Assembly (NCBI GenBank): GCA_964512695.1
Contig: CAZEJU010000001.1
Location: 7,803-71,802, forward strand
Direction of reading: 5' to 3'
DNA length: 64,000 bases
From: an uncultured Gammaproteobacteria bacterium
GTDB taxonomy: Bacteria > Patescibacteriota > Microgenomatia > Levybacterales > UBA12049
Part shown: piece by piece, positions 18,424-27,021 of the stretch
Numbering within the stretch: position 1 is the stretch's first letter
Layout of the letters: every line of letters starts with the position of its first letter
The notes under the pieces: generated by a model
What the model was told of the DNA's origin: nothing
Seen by the model: only the letters and a program-made list of their open reading frames with translations
Database searches by the model: none
Translations under genes and position numbers: made by a program

Positions 18424-19269
18424 ATGACTAAAGAAGCAACTATTACATCTCTTATAGATAAGAAAGAAGACGGTACTGTACAGTTAACGATAACAATACC
18501 CTGGGGTGATATCAGTAAAACTAAAGAAACAGTTATTCAAAAAGCTGTAGAGCAAGCTGAAGTCGCAGGATTCCGGAAAGGTAAAGCACCTCGAAATATA
18601 GTAGAACCAACTTTAGATACAGCGAAGATCAGAGAAGAAGTACTTCGCGCATTATTACCTGAAGCATATGTAAAAGCTGTTCAGGAACACCAATTACGTC
18701 CAATTATCAATCCCAAAATTCACGTGGAGAAGTTAGAAGATGAGAAAGATTGGGTTGTATCTGCATTAACATGCGAAATGCCTAAGGTCGAGCTTGGTAA
18801 ATACAAAGAAGCTGTTAAGAAGGTTACTGCTGGTTCGAAAATAGTCATACCTGGCAAAGAAAAAAAAGAACCATCACTTGATGAAATTGTTAAAGCCATA
18901 CTAGGTGAAATTACGGTTAAAGTTCCTTCTTTATTAATAGAGCAAGAAGTAGATAGACTATTATCGCAAACACTTGACGAGATTAAACGCTTAGGACTTA
19001 CATTAGACCAGTATTTAGCTTCAACTGGCAAAAATCCTAACCAGCTTCGCGAAGATTATATGAAAAAAGCTGAAGCAGATATTACGTTAGAGTTTGTACT
19101 ACAAGAGATTGCGGAAACAGAAAAAATTACAGTAGAGGAAACGGAAATCAATGAAGCAATTCAAAAAGCAAAAGATCCTATAGAAAAGGAGAACCTCGAA
19201 AGAAATCGATATATGCTTGCAAGCATCTTGAGGCAACAAAAAACACTTGATTTTTTGAAGAATTTATGA
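18424..19269 (+). CDS. tig: Short trigger-factor-like chaperone (N- and C-domains, apparently no PPIase domain)
   Basis: Ribosome-binding signature GFRKGKAP. Only 281 aa. I trimmed the ORF-track start (18352) because it overlaps tRNA-Leu. Confidence 0.6.
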   Translation: MTKEATITSLIDKKEDGTVQLTITIPWGDISKTKETVIQKAVEQAEVAGFRKGKAPRNIVEPTLDTAKIREEVLRALLPEAYVKAVQEHQLRPIINPKIHVEKLEDEKDWVVSALTCEMPKVELGKYKEAVKKVTAGSKIVIPGKEKKEPSLDEIVKAILGEITVKVPSLLIEQEVDRLLSQTLDEIKRLGLTLDQYLASTGKNPNQLREDYMKKAEADITLEFVLQEIAETEKITVEETEINEAIQKAKDPIEKENLERNRYMLASILRQQKTLDFLKNL

Positions 19270-19284
19270 TAACTTGCAGCCTAT

Positions 19285-20037
19285 ATGTCAAAACAGAAAA
19301 CGAATTATACCAAGTCATATGCTAATCCTATAGAAAAGGTAAACAACTCCGGAAGATTTTATAGTGGGGATAAACCAAAAACAGTTTCCCAGCAAGTAAA
19401 AGCCCAAATAGACGGCATCGAAGATGATTTCCTTGCTCAACTTCTAGGATACGATTATAAAGATCCAAAAACGAAAATGAGAATGCCTTCTGAACAAATA
19501 AAGAAGGATACCTCCGGAGATATGCAGCAAGGCCAATCTGTTGATTTTGCTTCACAATCAACAAACACTGACAGTATATCTTCATCCTATTCAGAATCAA
19601 TGTTTATCGAAAATACTGATTATTATTCTGAACAACGAGAGAGAAAACCAGAAGTTCTTGCAGGTATTGATTATAGAAGAGAGGTTATGTATGGAAGTGA
19701 ATCGCTTACGAAGAGAGAAGCAGCACAGCTACAACAAAGAGTCCAGGAAATTATTGATGAACTCTCAAGGCTGGTTAGTGCATCTGTCATATTACAAACA
19801 CAGTTCTCAGTATCCGTAGACCAAGCTCCACAAAGTGTCGGTAAATACCATATTAATTTTTTTGAATGGATGCTTATCTGGGTTAAAGAGTTACGAAGGA
19901 AAACAGAAGATGCGGGTTCTTGGTTGAGTGTTATGCAAAGCAAAAAATCCCAAAAAACGTATGGTAAAATGGCGAAAAAAATGGGTACGAAATTTACATT
20001 AGCCAACGAAAGAACCCCAGCAACGCAGACAGGTTAA
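19285..20037 (+). CDS. Hypothetical protein
   Basis: 250-aa ORF, Ser/Gln-rich middle, no recognised family. Confidence 0.4.
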   Translation: MSKQKTNYTKSYANPIEKVNNSGRFYSGDKPKTVSQQVKAQIDGIEDDFLAQLLGYDYKDPKTKMRMPSEQIKKDTSGDMQQGQSVDFASQSTNTDSISSSYSESMFIENTDYYSEQRERKPEVLAGIDYRREVMYGSESLTKREAAQLQQRVQEIIDELSRLVSASVILQTQFSVSVDQAPQSVGKYHINFFEWMLIWVKELRRKTEDAGSWLSVMQSKKSQKTYGKMAKKMGTKFTLANERTPATQTG

Positions 20038-20260
20038 TAATATTTAATTTCTATTTACCAAATACCATTTTCCATTTTGTTTCTTCAGATTTTTCCTTGA
20101 TGTATTAATTGAGGATGTACATATCCCGATTCCTATTAATGAAGCCAGTGCATTGGTTTGCCGATTTTTAGTACTATGCAATGGAAAATTGAAAAACGGA
20201 CAATGGGAAATTTTAATAGTTGTAGGCATAATAAGAATATGTTACAGTTACACAGGTTTT

Positions 20261-21430
20261 ATGATTTCACAACGTGTCGCAAATCTTACTCCCTCGCCTA
20301 CATTAACATTAGACGCAAAAGTAAAAACTTTACAAGCACAAGGACAAAGTGTTATTAACTTATGTGTAGGTGAACCTGATTTTGATACCCCACAGCACGT
20401 CCAAGATGCAGCTTTCCAAGCCATGCAAGACGGTTTCACTCATTACACTGTCACTGCAGGAATTCAAGAACTCAGGGAAGCAATCGTAGAAAAATTTAAA
20501 AAAGATAATACTATAACGTACAATCCTTCTGAAGTAATCGTAGGTATGGGTAGTAAACCACTACTGTACCTCGCTTTTTTATCTTTATTAAATAAAGATG
20601 ATGAGGTACTTATACCTACTCCCACATGGAACTCGTTCGTGGAACAAGTTAAATTGGTTGGGGGGAAACCAGTATTAGTACCTTTACAACCTCCTTTTAA
20701 ACTCCTAGCTGCTGATATTAAAGAGAAAATCACAAAGAAAACAAGAATGCTACTTGTCAATACACCTTCTAATCCTACAGGAGCAATGATAGATAGCATT
20801 GAGCTTGAAAAAATAGCCGAATTAGCAGTAGAAAATGATTTTTTTATTCTCGCAGATGAAATATATGAAAAAATTGTTTACACACAGCAGCATATTTCAA
20901 TCGCGTCACTATCTGCAGCTATTAAACAAAAGACTATTACTATTAACGGGTTCTCAAAAGCATACGCAATGACAGGATGGAGAATAGGCTATGCTGGAGG
21001 ACCTCAAGAGATTATTCAGGCAATGGTAGCTCTGCAAGGACAAATAACTTCAAACGTGGCTTCTTTTGTGCAGAGAGCAGGCATAGAAGCATTAAAAGGC
21101 GACCAGAATGATTTAATGAAAATGACGAAGGCATTTAGTGAACGGCGAAGGTTTGTTATTCAAACCTTAAAAAATATTCCTGGTATCACATTTTCCGAAC
21201 CAGAAGGGGCTTTTTATGTTTTTATATCAGTTGAAAAAAAATTAGGAAAAGTGTATAAGTCATCTTCAGAGTGGTGCGAAGCATTACTTGAAAAGCAAAG
21301 TGTGGCTGTAGTACCTGGAGAGGGATTCTTCCGCCCAGGCTATTTCAGACTAAGCTATGCTGCTTCGATGGAAGAGTTAAAGAGGGGAATAGAGGGAATA
21401 AAAAAGTTTATTTTGGATCAATATACATAG
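20261..21430 (+). CDS. PLP-dependent aminotransferase class I (aspartate aminotransferase-like)
   Basis: MISQRVANLTPSPTLTLDAKVKTLQAQGQSVINLCVGEPDFDTP.., NPSNPTG, SFSKAYAMTGWRIGY (PLP-Lys motif). Start moved to the ATG at 20261. Confidence 0.8.
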   Translation: MISQRVANLTPSPTLTLDAKVKTLQAQGQSVINLCVGEPDFDTPQHVQDAAFQAMQDGFTHYTVTAGIQELREAIVEKFKKDNTITYNPSEVIVGMGSKPLLYLAFLSLLNKDDEVLIPTPTWNSFVEQVKLVGGKPVLVPLQPPFKLLAADIKEKITKKTRMLLVNTPSNPTGAMIDSIELEKIAELAVENDFFILADEIYEKIVYTQQHISIASLSAAIKQKTITINGFSKAYAMTGWRIGYAGGPQEIIQAMVALQGQITSNVASFVQRAGIEALKGDQNDLMKMTKAFSERRRFVIQTLKNIPGITFSEPEGAFYVFISVEKKLGKVYKSSSEWCEALLEKQSVAVVPGEGFFRPGYFRLSYAASMEELKRGIEGIKKFILDQYT

Positions 21431-21554
21431 TCAGAATTTTTATTTGAAATTTTTAATTCAAAATCAAAATTTAATATTTAAATTTTTAAGTTTACATTAT
21501 TTGATATTGAATAAAAATTAAAAACTTAAAATTAAAAATTATACTCATATAAAT

Positions 21555-23063
21555 ATGGCGCGTAAAATACCAGCAACAATGGTCTCACAACATCCTGATA
21601 ATGCGAGTAAACCGTACTGGCATACGGAAGAATTTATTAGCACCCAACATGAAACATTTGAATGTTTCTTATCTTTCTCTGAACTTGGTGTCTCTGAATA
21701 TAAATGGGATTGGGAAGGAAAGCTCGTAGATGAGTCTATTATGGAACGGCTTTTTAGCCAGTATTATGAATTTTTTAAGACAAATCCACTAGGTTATAGC
21801 AAATTTCTCACATTCCGTCTTCCAAACCCAAAAGTAGAAACAGAATTCCGTATAGGGCGCGCTTTCATGGGTATTCTCAGTGCGGATATGTTAGCTCGTC
21901 AGCTTGGATTCTACAGTCCCTCCTTATTTGAAGTAATCTTACCAATGACAGAGTCAGCGCAAGAGATGATAGAAATTCAAGAAGCTTTTCGCGAAATGAG
22001 TGGATTAAAACATAAATTATATCGCATGGCAGATAAATCTCTTCGTCATATCGAATTGATTCCCTTATTTGAAGATGTACATACGATAATTAACTCTGCA
22101 AATATTCTCGAACAGTATATTAAACTTCACAAAAAGAAATTTAAATTTTTACCTTCATATATAAGGCCGTACATCGCTCGTTCTGATCCAGCATTAAACG
22201 CAGGAATTGTGCCTACGGTACTTGCAGCAAAAATCGCTCTTTCAAGATACAAAGCATTTTCAGAAAAAACTGGCATTCCTTTATATCCCGTTATAGGCTC
22301 TGCATCCTTACCGTTTCGCGGAGGGCTTACACCAGTAACTGTCGAAGCGTTTGCTAACGAATATAAAGGAGTCCGAACAGCTTTGCTCCAGAGCGCATTC
22401 CGATATGATTATGATAAAAATGTCGTTAAACAGGCAGTGGAACAGCTTGAAAAATTACTTCCTTCAAATAGTGCAATTTCAATACCCCAAAAAGACGAAA
22501 AAGTTATGATCGAGCTTATTAACTTATTCGAGGGATATTATAAACCTACTATAGAACAATTAGCAGATAAGATAAACGCAGTAGCCACATCTCTACCTCG
22601 CAGAAGAGAACGAGTGCAGCATGTGGGTTTATTCGGGTACTCAAGGGGTGTCGGAAAAGTAAAACTACCACGAGCCATAGGGTTTACCGCCGCTATGTAC
22701 TCACTGGGTATTCCTCCAGAAATAATAGGCACGGGACGAGGCATAAAAGAAGCAAAGGAACGCGGACTTCTGCCAGTACTCGAAAAGTATTATGTTAATC
22801 TACAAGCTGATCTCACTCGAGCAGGGAAATACGTTAATAAACCAGCAATTAAAAAACTCGCGAAAACTGATACGACATGGAATGATGTTTTAACAGATAT
22901 AACGGAAATCGAAAAATTCCTTAAGATAGCACTTGAACCTGAGACAGAAGAAGAGAAACAACATAAAACCATTACGGATGATATTACGAAGAAACTTGCT
23001 GCTGAGGAATCTATAGCAAAACTCATAGAACAAGCAGCAGTACTCCGAAAAAGTTTAGGATAG
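21555..23063 (+). CDS. Archaeal-type phosphoenolpyruvate carboxylase (PepcA family)
   Basis: N-terminus KIPATMVSQHPDN and a length of about 500 aa are characteristic of the short archaeal-type PEPC family. Recalled similarity only. Confidence 0.6.
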   Translation: MARKIPATMVSQHPDNASKPYWHTEEFISTQHETFECFLSFSELGVSEYKWDWEGKLVDESIMERLFSQYYEFFKTNPLGYSKFLTFRLPNPKVETEFRIGRAFMGILSADMLARQLGFYSPSLFEVILPMTESAQEMIEIQEAFREMSGLKHKLYRMADKSLRHIELIPLFEDVHTIINSANILEQYIKLHKKKFKFLPSYIRPYIARSDPALNAGIVPTVLAAKIALSRYKAFSEKTGIPLYPVIGSASLPFRGGLTPVTVEAFANEYKGVRTALLQSAFRYDYDKNVVKQAVEQLEKLLPSNSAISIPQKDEKVMIELINLFEGYYKPTIEQLADKINAVATSLPRRRERVQHVGLFGYSRGVGKVKLPRAIGFTAAMYSLGIPPEIIGTGRGIKEAKERGLLPVLEKYYVNLQADLTRAGKYVNKPAIKKLAKTDTTWNDVLTDITEIEKFLKIALEPETEEEKQHKTITDDITKKLAAEESIAKLIEQAAVLRKSLG

Positions 23064-23073
23064 ATCAGAATAA

Positions 23074-23658
23074 TTATTGAAACAACGGAACCGTACCAGA
23101 TCCTACTGAATAAGACTTTCTCTGCCATTCATAACCCATTTCTTCAGCTTTTCTTTCATGGACTTTGTTTAAATGTACTCTTACTGAATCTTGAAATCGA
23201 TATTCAGCTTCATCAGGGTCAAGATTTTCAGGAAATTCTGCAAATGGTCCTTCGCGTCTTCTAAACTGCTGATAATACTCACCACTAATCATACTTATTT
23301 CCTGAGGTTCAAGCACTAAGAGATCAGCCGCAAATTGAAATGTAGCACGAATGATTTGTATAGTTTTAGCTTCAGTAATATTTGTTGGGCCATTTCCGGT
23401 ATGCTTATGCGCTTTAACAGCTTTTTCCATAATTCTCCATACTAAGCTCCTGTCTTCAATTACTGCGTTTCCTAATAATCCCGGCTCAGAAAGCCCATCC
23501 CTTTTACAAATTTCAGCAATGACAGCAGCTTGAGCTGTAACAGATCCAGGCGTTCTTACACTTGCTTGGACAAATAAAGACTCTCCCAAAGTTTTTCTGT
23601 CATTTTCTGATACTTGAGAACCATCACGTGGTGTATATAACATTGCTTCTTTATTCAT
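23074..23658 (-). CDS. Hypothetical protein
   Basis: 194-aa ORF, convergent with the PEPC gene. No recognised family. Confidence 0.4.
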   Translation of the reverse strand: MNKEAMLYTPRDGSQVSENDRKTLGESLFVQASVRTPGSVTAQAAVIAEICKRDGLSEPGLLGNAVIEDRSLVWRIMEKAVKAHKHTGNGPTNITEAKTIQIIRATFQFAADLLVLEPQEISMISGEYYQQFRRREGPFAEFPENLDPDEAEYRFQDSVRVHLNKVHERKAEEMGYEWQRKSYSVGSGTVPLFQ

Positions 23659-23728
23659 AAATACTATAAGACAGAATTATACCAAGAATCTGCTTATTTG
23701 TATAGCACAATATTGAATGTAACACTTC

Positions 23729-23875
23729 TTGACAATAAGCAAAAAGTAGAGTATTATCGGATATAACGATATGCATTATATAAAAGTTGAAAACATGATG
23801 GCAATGATGATGACTTCCTAACGGAGGTGTATCACGTGCTGTTTGTGAACGACCTCCTTACTAGGAGGTTTTTTT
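23729..23875 (+). promoter_or_regulatory. Promoter plus Met-codon leader-peptide transcription attenuator
   Basis: TTGACA(23729)-17 nt-TATTAT(23752). Leader ORF 23771..23821 = MHYIKVENMMAMMMTS. GGAGGU (23823..28) can pair with ACCUCC (23852..57), which alternatively forms the terminator ACCUCCU-uacu-AGGAGGU + U6 (23852..23875). Confidence 0.7.
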
Positions 23876-23886
23876 ATTGTAAAAAT

Positions 23887-24684
23887 ATGTTTGTGACCAT
23901 TATTAACGACTGTACAGATCATAACGTAATAGGAAGGCAACTAACCAGAGCAGCTGTCTTATTTTACGCGCCTGTTATTCCGGTTGGGGTTCACAACGAG
24001 TTAGAAGCTGCCGGAAACCTCATAGATGTTCTCGATGCTGCAGAAAAGGGAAAAGGAGTAATCATTCTGAATGTCGCACCCCGACATGGTAACGCGAAAA
24101 AGTGGCCGAATGGAACACCATTTGCGTACTTTAACGTCAATAATATACTTATTATAGCCACAATAGATGGCTACTCCTTGTCTCTTATAAAAAAACTCAG
24201 GATAATAGATTCCGTGAATCTCCTTGATATTCCTGATGTAGTTAACAGGATGCAAGAAGAACATGTCATTTCTTCAGAACTACGAGATCAAATCATTCAT
24301 ACGCAATTTCGAAGTTTCGAGTTCGCTCCCCGCGTAGCAAAGTGGCTGACCGAAAGAATAGAAATCCCCAGCACACCGTATGCTTTATCCCAAGTTCCTG
24401 ATGTACCAAAAGCTATATGGTATATCGATAATTTCGGAAACTGTAAAACCACACTCCTACCAGAAGATGTAAACTTCCAGGCAGGCAAAAAAGTTCATAC
24501 GGAATTAGGTGAGTTAGCTTGCTATAACAGATTAAAAGATGTCCCTGATGGAAAAACAGCTCTTATCATTGGTAGTTCAGGTTATAAAGATAAACGATTT
24601 ATCGAGTTAATAATCCAAGGTAAAAGCGCAGCACAGATATATGGTCTGCAAGTCGGATCATTAATCATAAATACTATTGGTTAA
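23887..24684 (+). CDS. DUF62-family protein (SAM hydroxide adenosyltransferase / SAM hydrolase-like, divergent)
   Basis: C-terminal hallmark IWYIDNFGNCKTTLL (compare iDxFGNxxTN), NVAPRHG (compare VVDPGVG) and TIDGYSL (compare PDNG). N-terminal motif is divergent (IINDC versus lTDFG). Confidence 0.55.
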   Translation: MFVTIINDCTDHNVIGRQLTRAAVLFYAPVIPVGVHNELEAAGNLIDVLDAAEKGKGVIILNVAPRHGNAKKWPNGTPFAYFNVNNILIIATIDGYSLSLIKKLRIIDSVNLLDIPDVVNRMQEEHVISSELRDQIIHTQFRSFEFAPRVAKWLTERIEIPSTPYALSQVPDVPKAIWYIDNFGNCKTTLLPEDVNFQAGKKVHTELGELACYNRLKDVPDGKTALIIGSSGYKDKRFIELIIQGKSAAQIYGLQVGSLIINTIG

Positions 24685-24794
24685 ATTCGACACTACAGAA
24701 ATAACATTTATGGGAATTAAGATTACCATATTAAAAAATAACAGAAAAATACCTCAATGCCTGGACTAAAGGAATCTCGCATTACCGGCTATTA

Positions 24795-25107
24795 TTGACA
24801 AGCTCAGGCTGATAAGGTAAAGTATGGAAAGAATCAAGAGTGATGGGGAGACCCCAGTCTGATCTTCCTTTTCGCCTTAGTAGATTTCTACTTCGGCTTA
24901 AAGAGCGATCTTACCGGGGCGGGAGTTTTGGCTTCATGATCCATCCGGCAACCCTTCGGTAAGTTCAAACAATGCTTGAACAACGAGCAGGGTGCCAAAC
25001 CCAACCCAAGAGATGTGCTACCGAGTACATCTTCGTAAAGGAGGATTTGATCCTGAGACAATCGAAGGATAAACTATGTATTACCTCTCTTTACGAGAGG
25101 TTTTTTT
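24795..25107 (+). promoter_or_regulatory. Promoter plus S-box (SAM-I)-like riboswitch with extra insert, antiterminator and terminator
   Basis: TTGACA(24795)-17-TAAAGT. S-box-like strings AUCAAGAG (24833), GGGAGUUUUGGCUUCAUGAUCCAUCCGGCAACC (24921..53), GGUGCCAAACCC (24991), AAGAGAUG (25008). UUUGGC (24927) is complementary to GCCAAA (24994), like the SAM-I pseudoknot. Terminator ACCUCUC-uuuac-GAGAGGU + U7 (25083..25107). GUAAAGGAGG (25035) can pair with CCUCUCUUUAC as an antiterminator. Confidence 0.5.
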
Positions 25108-25113
25108 ATTTAT

Positions 25114-26868
25114 ATGGCTAAAGAAGGTGAAATAAAAGGCACATATCAGTTTAGTATAGATGGCCCTCAGCTGACCAGTGACGATATACAGAGGAAGTTC
25201 CCTGGTGTCAAAAATAATGGTCATCTCGGAAAGACTGGTGTAGTACTACATGATACAGCAATTCCTATCGCAGCTATCCGACATCCTCGACTTATACCTA
25301 CGCGGTTAGATGGAATTATACCTGTGTTTGGTGGCCCCCAAACACACAGTAAAATAGAGCATATCCGTATCCGACCAGCTGGTGGCTCAGAAGCGAAAAG
25401 AATAGCAAAAGCAGTCCGTGGAACAACCCCAACACTCGGACCAGAAGCAGAAGCATTTGTACATAACAGAAGAACAGGCAGACTTGTACCTACATTTAAA
25501 GGAAAACAAATTGAAACACAAAAAGCACTGAGAGAAGATGCACTTGGACATACGGGATCGCTTGAAGAACACATCGTAGCATCTGCTAAATTTACAGTTT
25601 TTAGAGCTAATCAAGAGCGCAGACGAGGACGTATCGCAGTTGAAACAAGTGTTCCTATAACCTATGGTGAAGGTAAAGATGCTCGAGATAGTGAAGGTCT
25701 CGCAGGTAGTGAAAATCCATATATTGTGGCTATGACACATCTGTTCCCTGAAAATATGCTCCCTACAGAGAAGCTTGATCCACAAGTTGCAAGCGTTTTA
25801 AATCAATACGCTCTTCGCCATGGGTTTGCGACTATTTCTGATATGACCAGCGCTCTCGGTCTTAACCGCACCTGGCACATGGCTGCAAGCCATCTGAGTC
25901 TTGGTCTACCGCAGGAACAACAACCAGATGGGAAATATATTACTTCTACTGAGATCGCGATAGGAGTTATGAATGTATTTATGAGTGACCTTAATATTTC
26001 GCATATGTTTACTCATGGAACACCTATGCTAGGCGGACAATTAGTAGATGTTCCAGCACGAAATCGTCAATCAGAACATGTGGCCTCAAATCAACCGTTA
26101 CGGGATGTACGACTTGGTGCATTTAAGCATATGTTAGGCACTGCTTATCCTGGCCCGCTTATCGCGAATGAAGAAGATCTCTATGATCGCTGGAGAAAGA
26201 TTGTTATTCCAGGGAAAGCCGCGACTGTAGATCGAGCATCGGCAATTAGTATAGCACCAAATGGAGAAATCTATGCCTCAATGCATGCACGGGCTCGTCT
26301 TCGTGTGGGAGGTGATCCCACAAAACAAACTGTACGAGTCGAATCAGTAGGAGATAGCGCTACACCTTCACGCTACGACTTAATAGCGCGTGACGCGTAT
26401 CTAGTAATGTTATGGAACGGTGCTATGGAGGCAATGGCAAAAGGAAAAACCCCACAAGATTTCTGGGGGGGAAATTATCCAGCAATAACTGACTGGAAAA
26501 AGCAGCAGGAAGCGACATTAGGATTTTCTGTTAATGGACCAGCGAATAGGGAAGCACATGTGCTGATTGAACAAAACCTGGGGTTTTTACGTGATATGAA
26601 AGCTCTCCAACCTACATTAGGTACGTACATCGATTATGTAACAGCACGTATTCGTAATTTTAGTAGACCGACAAAAGCACACACACTCGATGAGTATACA
26701 ACAGATCCATCAGGTAGCATAAGCGAGGTAATTCGACGCATGAAAGAAACCGGATATAAAGATGATGAAATCGTGCGAGCTATTGACACACATCAAACTG
26801 CAGTATCACGAAGAGTTGTTCAAGTTCATGGAGATTTTAAAGCGCTTCTACAAGATGTACAAAAGTAA
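25114..26868 (+). CDS. GCS2 / glutamine-synthetase-fold carboxylate-amine ligase-like protein, paralogue A (584 aa)
   Basis: Shares family landmarks with the other paralogues: GRIAVETSV (G-x-E-x-E-type strand), AASHLSLGLPQ, MHARARLRVGGDPTKQTVRVESVGDSA (R-x-R...E...D, compare HWxxRxx...xExRxxD of GCS2/YbdK). Confidence 0.55.
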   Translation: MAKEGEIKGTYQFSIDGPQLTSDDIQRKFPGVKNNGHLGKTGVVLHDTAIPIAAIRHPRLIPTRLDGIIPVFGGPQTHSKIEHIRIRPAGGSEAKRIAKAVRGTTPTLGPEAEAFVHNRRTGRLVPTFKGKQIETQKALREDALGHTGSLEEHIVASAKFTVFRANQERRRGRIAVETSVPITYGEGKDARDSEGLAGSENPYIVAMTHLFPENMLPTEKLDPQVASVLNQYALRHGFATISDMTSALGLNRTWHMAASHLSLGLPQEQQPDGKYITSTEIAIGVMNVFMSDLNISHMFTHGTPMLGGQLVDVPARNRQSEHVASNQPLRDVRLGAFKHMLGTAYPGPLIANEEDLYDRWRKIVIPGKAATVDRASAISIAPNGEIYASMHARARLRVGGDPTKQTVRVESVGDSATPSRYDLIARDAYLVMLWNGAMEAMAKGKTPQDFWGGNYPAITDWKKQQEATLGFSVNGPANREAHVLIEQNLGFLRDMKALQPTLGTYIDYVTARIRNFSRPTKAHTLDEYTTDPSGSISEVIRRMKETGYKDDEIVRAIDTHQTAVSRRVVQVHGDFKALLQDVQK

Positions 26869-27021
26869 CATTTGACAATATATTTGTAAATATAATTGAC
26901 AATATTACATATCTTTCAGTTAGTAATTATGAGTGCTGCCAATGCCTCTCAATACTTTTCGCACTCACTCACATCCTATAGTTGAATTTCTTCTCATATC
27001 TTTGTTACAATTTACCCCTAT

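Noticed and set aside
21431-21554. Very AT-rich palindromic spacer upstream of the PEPC gene (AAATTTTTAAGTTT ... AAACTTAAAATT), considered as another member of the heptamer-repeat family or a regulatory site.
   Set aside because: The inverted repeat is real, but at this base composition (nearly pure A/T) chance palindromes are expected. I could not establish clear 7-nt periodicity or similarity to the other elements.
25076-25135. Small ORF MYYLSLREVFLFIWLKKVK overlapping the terminator upstream of the 584-aa gene, considered as a Tyr-Tyr stalling attenuator.
   Set aside because: It has only two Tyr codons. The roughly 230-nt upstream RNA carries S-box-like conserved strings that explain the terminator/antiterminator switch better. 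It is kept as a remote alternative.
26929-26985. Possible Ser/Ala-rich leader peptide (MSAANASQYFSHSLTSYS) upstream of the 493-aa ATP-grasp gene.
   Set aside because: No terminator/antiterminator hairpin or U-tract follows it, and there is no run of identical codons. A TTGAAT-18-TACAAT promoter-like signal lies just downstream instead. I do not call it an attenuator.
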